Source of the DNA: an uncultured Eubacteriales bacterium
GTDB lineage: Bacteria > Bacillota > Clostridia > Oscillospirales > Acutalibacteraceae
Reading direction: 5' to 3'
Assembly: GCA_900321665.1 (NCBI GenBank)
Contig: ONWY01000001.1
Span: 1 to 27,484, forward strand
Length of the DNA: 27,484 nucleotides
Shown: positions 24,840 through 27,484 of the stretch, piece by piece
Layout: the number at the start of each line of letters is the position of its first letter
Numbering within the stretch: position 1 is the first letter of the stretch
The notes under the pieces: model-generated
What the model saw: only the letters and a program-made list of their open reading frames with translations
The model's database searches: none
What the model was told of the DNA's origin: nothing
Program-made: the position numbers and the translations under genes

Positions 24840-25883
24840 TTATAATGTTTCAATTTCCTCAAATAATTTATCAATTAATTCGTTTTCCGGCACCTTCATA
24901 ATGGTTTTGCCTTTTTTAAATAAGAGACCTTCACCGTCGCCGCCGGCAATACCGATATCTGCTTCTCGCGCTTCTCCGGGACCGTTGACAATGCAGCCCA
25001 TCACGGCTACTTTAATCGGCTTGTGAACATCCTTTAAGCGCTTTTCAACCTCAGAGGCAAGATGAATCAAATCAATTTTGGTTCTCCCGCAGGTAGGGCA
25101 ACTGATGAGATACGGCTCGTCCTTTTTCATATCGAGCGCTTTTAAAATTTGGTTGGCAGCATCTATTTCTTCCACCGGGTCAGCAGTAAGAGAAACTCTT
25201 ATTGTATCGCCTATACCCTCGTGTAGAAGTGCACCGATACCGATGGCGGATTTGACTATGCCCATTTGCTTGGTACCGGCTTCCGTTACGCCTAAATGCA
25301 ACGGATACGGGCACTTTTGAGCTAAAAGACGGTATGCTTCAATCATGGTGTGCACATGAGAGGATTTTAAAGAAATAACGATATCCGTAAAATCAAATTT
25401 TTCCAATAATGATGCGTGGTAAAGGGCGCTTTCCACTAATGCCTCGGCGCAGGGAGAGCCGTATTTATTTAAAATATTTTTTTCCAAAGAGCCGGAATTC
25501 ACACCGATGCGAATCGGAATACCGTACTCCTTGCAGGTATCGGCGACCGCCTTTACTCTGCTGTCATCGCCAATGTTGCCGGGGTTGATTCTGATTTTGT
25601 CGACGCCCGCCTTGGCACAAGCAATCGCAATGCGATAATCAAAGTGAATATCTGCCACTACAGGCATGTGCACTTCTTTTTTTAGAGCAGTAATCAGTGC
25701 GGCATTTTCAATGCGCGGTACCGCGGCGCGAATAATCTCGCACCCTGCCTTTTCCAGGCGCAGCGCCTGTTCCACATTGCCGCGAATGTCATCTGCCGGT
25801 ACATTGAGCATGGATTGCACCGCGACCGGGTGACCGCCGCCAATGGTAAGATTTCCGATTTTAACTTCTTTTGACTGTCGCAT
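24840..25883 (-). CDS. ispG: (E)-4-hydroxy-3-methylbut-2-enyl-diphosphate synthase
   Basis: VADIHFDY, RINPGNIG, IRIGVNSGSL, HLGVTEAG, GDTIRVSL, CPTCGR, GCIVNGPGE. Confidence 0.98.
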   Translation of the reverse strand: MRQSKEVKIGNLTIGGGHPVAVQSMLNVPADDIRGNVEQALRLEKAGCEIIRAAVPRIENAALITALKKEVHMPVVADIHFDYRIAIACAKAGVDKIRINPGNIGDDSRVKAVADTCKEYGIPIRIGVNSGSLEKNILNKYGSPCAEALVESALYHASLLEKFDFTDIVISLKSSHVHTMIEAYRLLAQKCPYPLHLGVTEAGTKQMGIVKSAIGIGALLHEGIGDTIRVSLTADPVEEIDAANQILKALDMKKDEPYLISCPTCGRTKIDLIHLASEVEKRLKDVHKPIKVAVMGCIVNGPGEAREADIGIAGGDGEGLLFKKGKTIMKVPENELIDKLFEEIETL

Positions 25884-25885
25884 AA

Positions 25886-26947
25886 TTACCCCTTAAAAAT
25901 ATTGATAATATCATTTGCCGAAACAATGGCGATAAAAATTAATAATATGACCAAACCGACTGTGTTGATTAACGCTTCGTGCTTAATCTTAATTTTATCT
26001 CTTGTGATACCTTGAATGATAAGGATGAATAACCTGCCGCCGTCCAGCGCCGGAATCGGTAAAAGGTTAAAAACACCGATATTGATGGAAATAAAGGCGA
26101 TAATAAACATTAAGTTTTCAAAGCCGTAGGAGGTGGATTCCGCCACCGCTTTAACCGTTCCGATAGGTCCCGAAAGCTCCGAAAAACCGATTTGCCCCGT
26201 AAACAGGTCATAAAGGCTGATAAAGACCAGGCGCGCAAAAGAAACGGTTTGCTTGGCACCTGCGGCAATAGAAGTAAAAAAAGTCGGTTTTTGACCTAAT
26301 AGCTTAAAATCATAGCGAATAATGACTTTGTTTTTACCGTAGGCTTTATCGCTTTGCTCGGTTTCAAAGGTGACATCTTTGAGCAACTTCTTTTCGCCGT
26401 CGCGCTTCACAAGGAAATCCACCTTGCCGTCATCATCGCGCATTAAGCCGATTTGAATATCGTAATCGGATATGCACCGCATACCGTTGATGCTGATGAC
26501 TTCATCCCCTTCTTTTAAAAACCGATTGCTGATTGCCTCATCGGAGAATTGCGCAATGGTTTTGGTGCCGATTAAAGGTTGTGCGGAGAGTAAAACCGTG
26601 ATAATGAGAAATCCTGTGAAAATATTCATCAAAGCGCCGGCTGCGATGATGAAAAAGCGCTTCGGCTTGCTTGCGCGCTGAAATGCGCGGGCATCTTCAC
26701 TCTCATCATCCTCGCCTTCCATGGCGCAGTAGCCGCCAATCGGAAAGAGCCTCAGGGTATATTTTGTTTCCTTTTTGCCGAATTGAATCAGCTTCGGCCC
26801 CATGCCGATGGCAAATTCATTCACTTTCACACCGCTGAGCTTTGCTGCAATAAAATGCGCAAATTCATGCACAAAGATAATCACGCAAAACAGTGCTATT
26901 GCAACCGCAAACGGCCAAACTTTTTGAAATACAGCAGCTATACTCAA
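25886..26947 (-). CDS. rseP: RseP/RasP intramembrane zinc metalloprotease (M50)
   Basis: HEFAH (HExxH), FAIGMGP, PDZ-like region, NLLPIPALDGG; TTG start with GGGAG RBS. Confidence 0.95.
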   Translation of the reverse strand: MSIAAVFQKVWPFAVAIALFCVIIFVHEFAHFIAAKLSGVKVNEFAIGMGPKLIQFGKKETKYTLRLFPIGGYCAMEGEDDESEDARAFQRASKPKRFFIIAAGALMNIFTGFLIITVLLSAQPLIGTKTIAQFSDEAISNRFLKEGDEVISINGMRCISDYDIQIGLMRDDDGKVDFLVKRDGEKKLLKDVTFETEQSDKAYGKNKVIIRYDFKLLGQKPTFFTSIAAGAKQTVSFARLVFISLYDLFTGQIGFSELSGPIGTVKAVAESTSYGFENLMFIIAFISINIGVFNLLPIPALDGGRLFILIIQGITRDKIKIKHEALINTVGLVILLIFIAIVSANDIINIFKG

Positions 26948-26959
26948 AAAAGAAACTCC

Positions 26960-27403
26960 CTATTTAATATTTTCAAGCACATATTCCCTCGCCTGCTTGT
27001 CGGCGGCAAAAATATCCTCCAAAGTGATATTGCTCGCTTGCGGTGCTCTTTCCATCGCTTCGCGCACAACAAGCGGAATTTCATAAAAGCGGATTTTGTC
27101 TTCTAAAAACAGCTTCACAGCCGCTTCATTCGCACCGTTTGCCGCTGCCGGGTAAACACCGCCCTTTTGAATGGCATCGCGACAAATGTCGATACACTTA
27201 AATGTATTATAATCCGGTTCATAAAATGTCAATTTCGGGTAATCCGCAAAGGAAAGCGTGCTTACCGGTGACTCAAAGCGCTCGGGATAAGTCAGTGCGT
27301 ACTGAATCGGAATGCGCATATCCGGCACCCCCATTTGAGCAATAATGGAGTTGTCCTGAAACTCTATCATAGAGTGGACAATGCTCTCTCTGTGCACAAC
27401 GAT
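26960..27403 (-). CDS. dxr: 1-deoxy-D-xylulose 5-phosphate reductoisomerase, C-terminal part only
   Basis: IVVHRESIVHSMIEFQDNS, PDMRIPIQYAL, NGANEAAV..FL; precedes rseP as usual. The sequence beyond about 27403 is not Dxr-like. Confidence 0.92.
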   Translation of the reverse strand: MVVHRESIVHSMIEFQDNSIIAQMGVPDMRIPIQYALTYPERFESPVSTLSFADYPKLTFYEPDYNTFKCIDICRDAIQKGGVYPAAANGANEAAVKLFLEDKIRFYEIPLVVREAMERAPQASNITLEDIFAADKQAREYVLENIK

Positions 27404-27484
27404 ATGGTTGCCTTCGCTGTCAACCACCGCCACACCCTCGTCGGCGTCATATCCTTCCACGGTGGCTATTTTTCCATTGAAGAA
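27404..27484 (-). other. non-Dxr coding fragment fused in frame to dxr at the window edge
   Basis: Reads FFNGKIATVEGYDADEGVAVVDSEGNH where Dxr should read roughly NKGLE.IEA.WLF; the other two minus-strand frames contain stops. Confidence 0.7.

Overview
Core-genome segment of a spore-forming Clostridia-like Firmicute (Oscillospiraceae/Ruminococcaceae-like; this is inferred from gene content: spoIIM, yabP/yabQ, polC, hemZ). The left end has dapA (partial) and asd on the minus strand. Next comes a plus-strand block: queA-[relB/dinJ-yafQ]-tgt-yajC-membrane protein-spoIIM. From 6530 on, every gene is on the minus strand: xer recombinase, Na/Pi cotransporter, divIC-yabQ-yabP-rqcP-hup-mazG-yabM-like flippase, zinc-ribbon protein, hemZ-MBL hydrolase-dtd-rel-recJ, polC-ispG-rseP-dxr (partial). 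I found no rRNA, tRNA, CRISPR array or transposase. The main unexplained structure is: (1) three copies of the queA 3' end, each with its own in-frame stop (GDAMFIV*, GDAMFIL*, DAMFIR*), bracketing a 64-bp mini-unit and an AT-rich toxin-antitoxin cassette, i.e. an integrase-less tandem accretion array at queA; (2) a perfect 36-bp palindrome whose centre is the dif-type hexamer TGTATA, about 600 bp upstream of a single Xer-family gene, with a 15-bp half-site copy at that gene's promoter, near the point where gene orientation converges; (3) a PolC with no inserted 3'-5' exonuclease domain but apparently intact PHP ligands; (4) a 63+1 nt duplication that frameshifts the queA 5' end; (5) non-Dxr sequence fused in frame to dxr at the right edge, which may be an assembly chimera and so also casts some doubt on (4).
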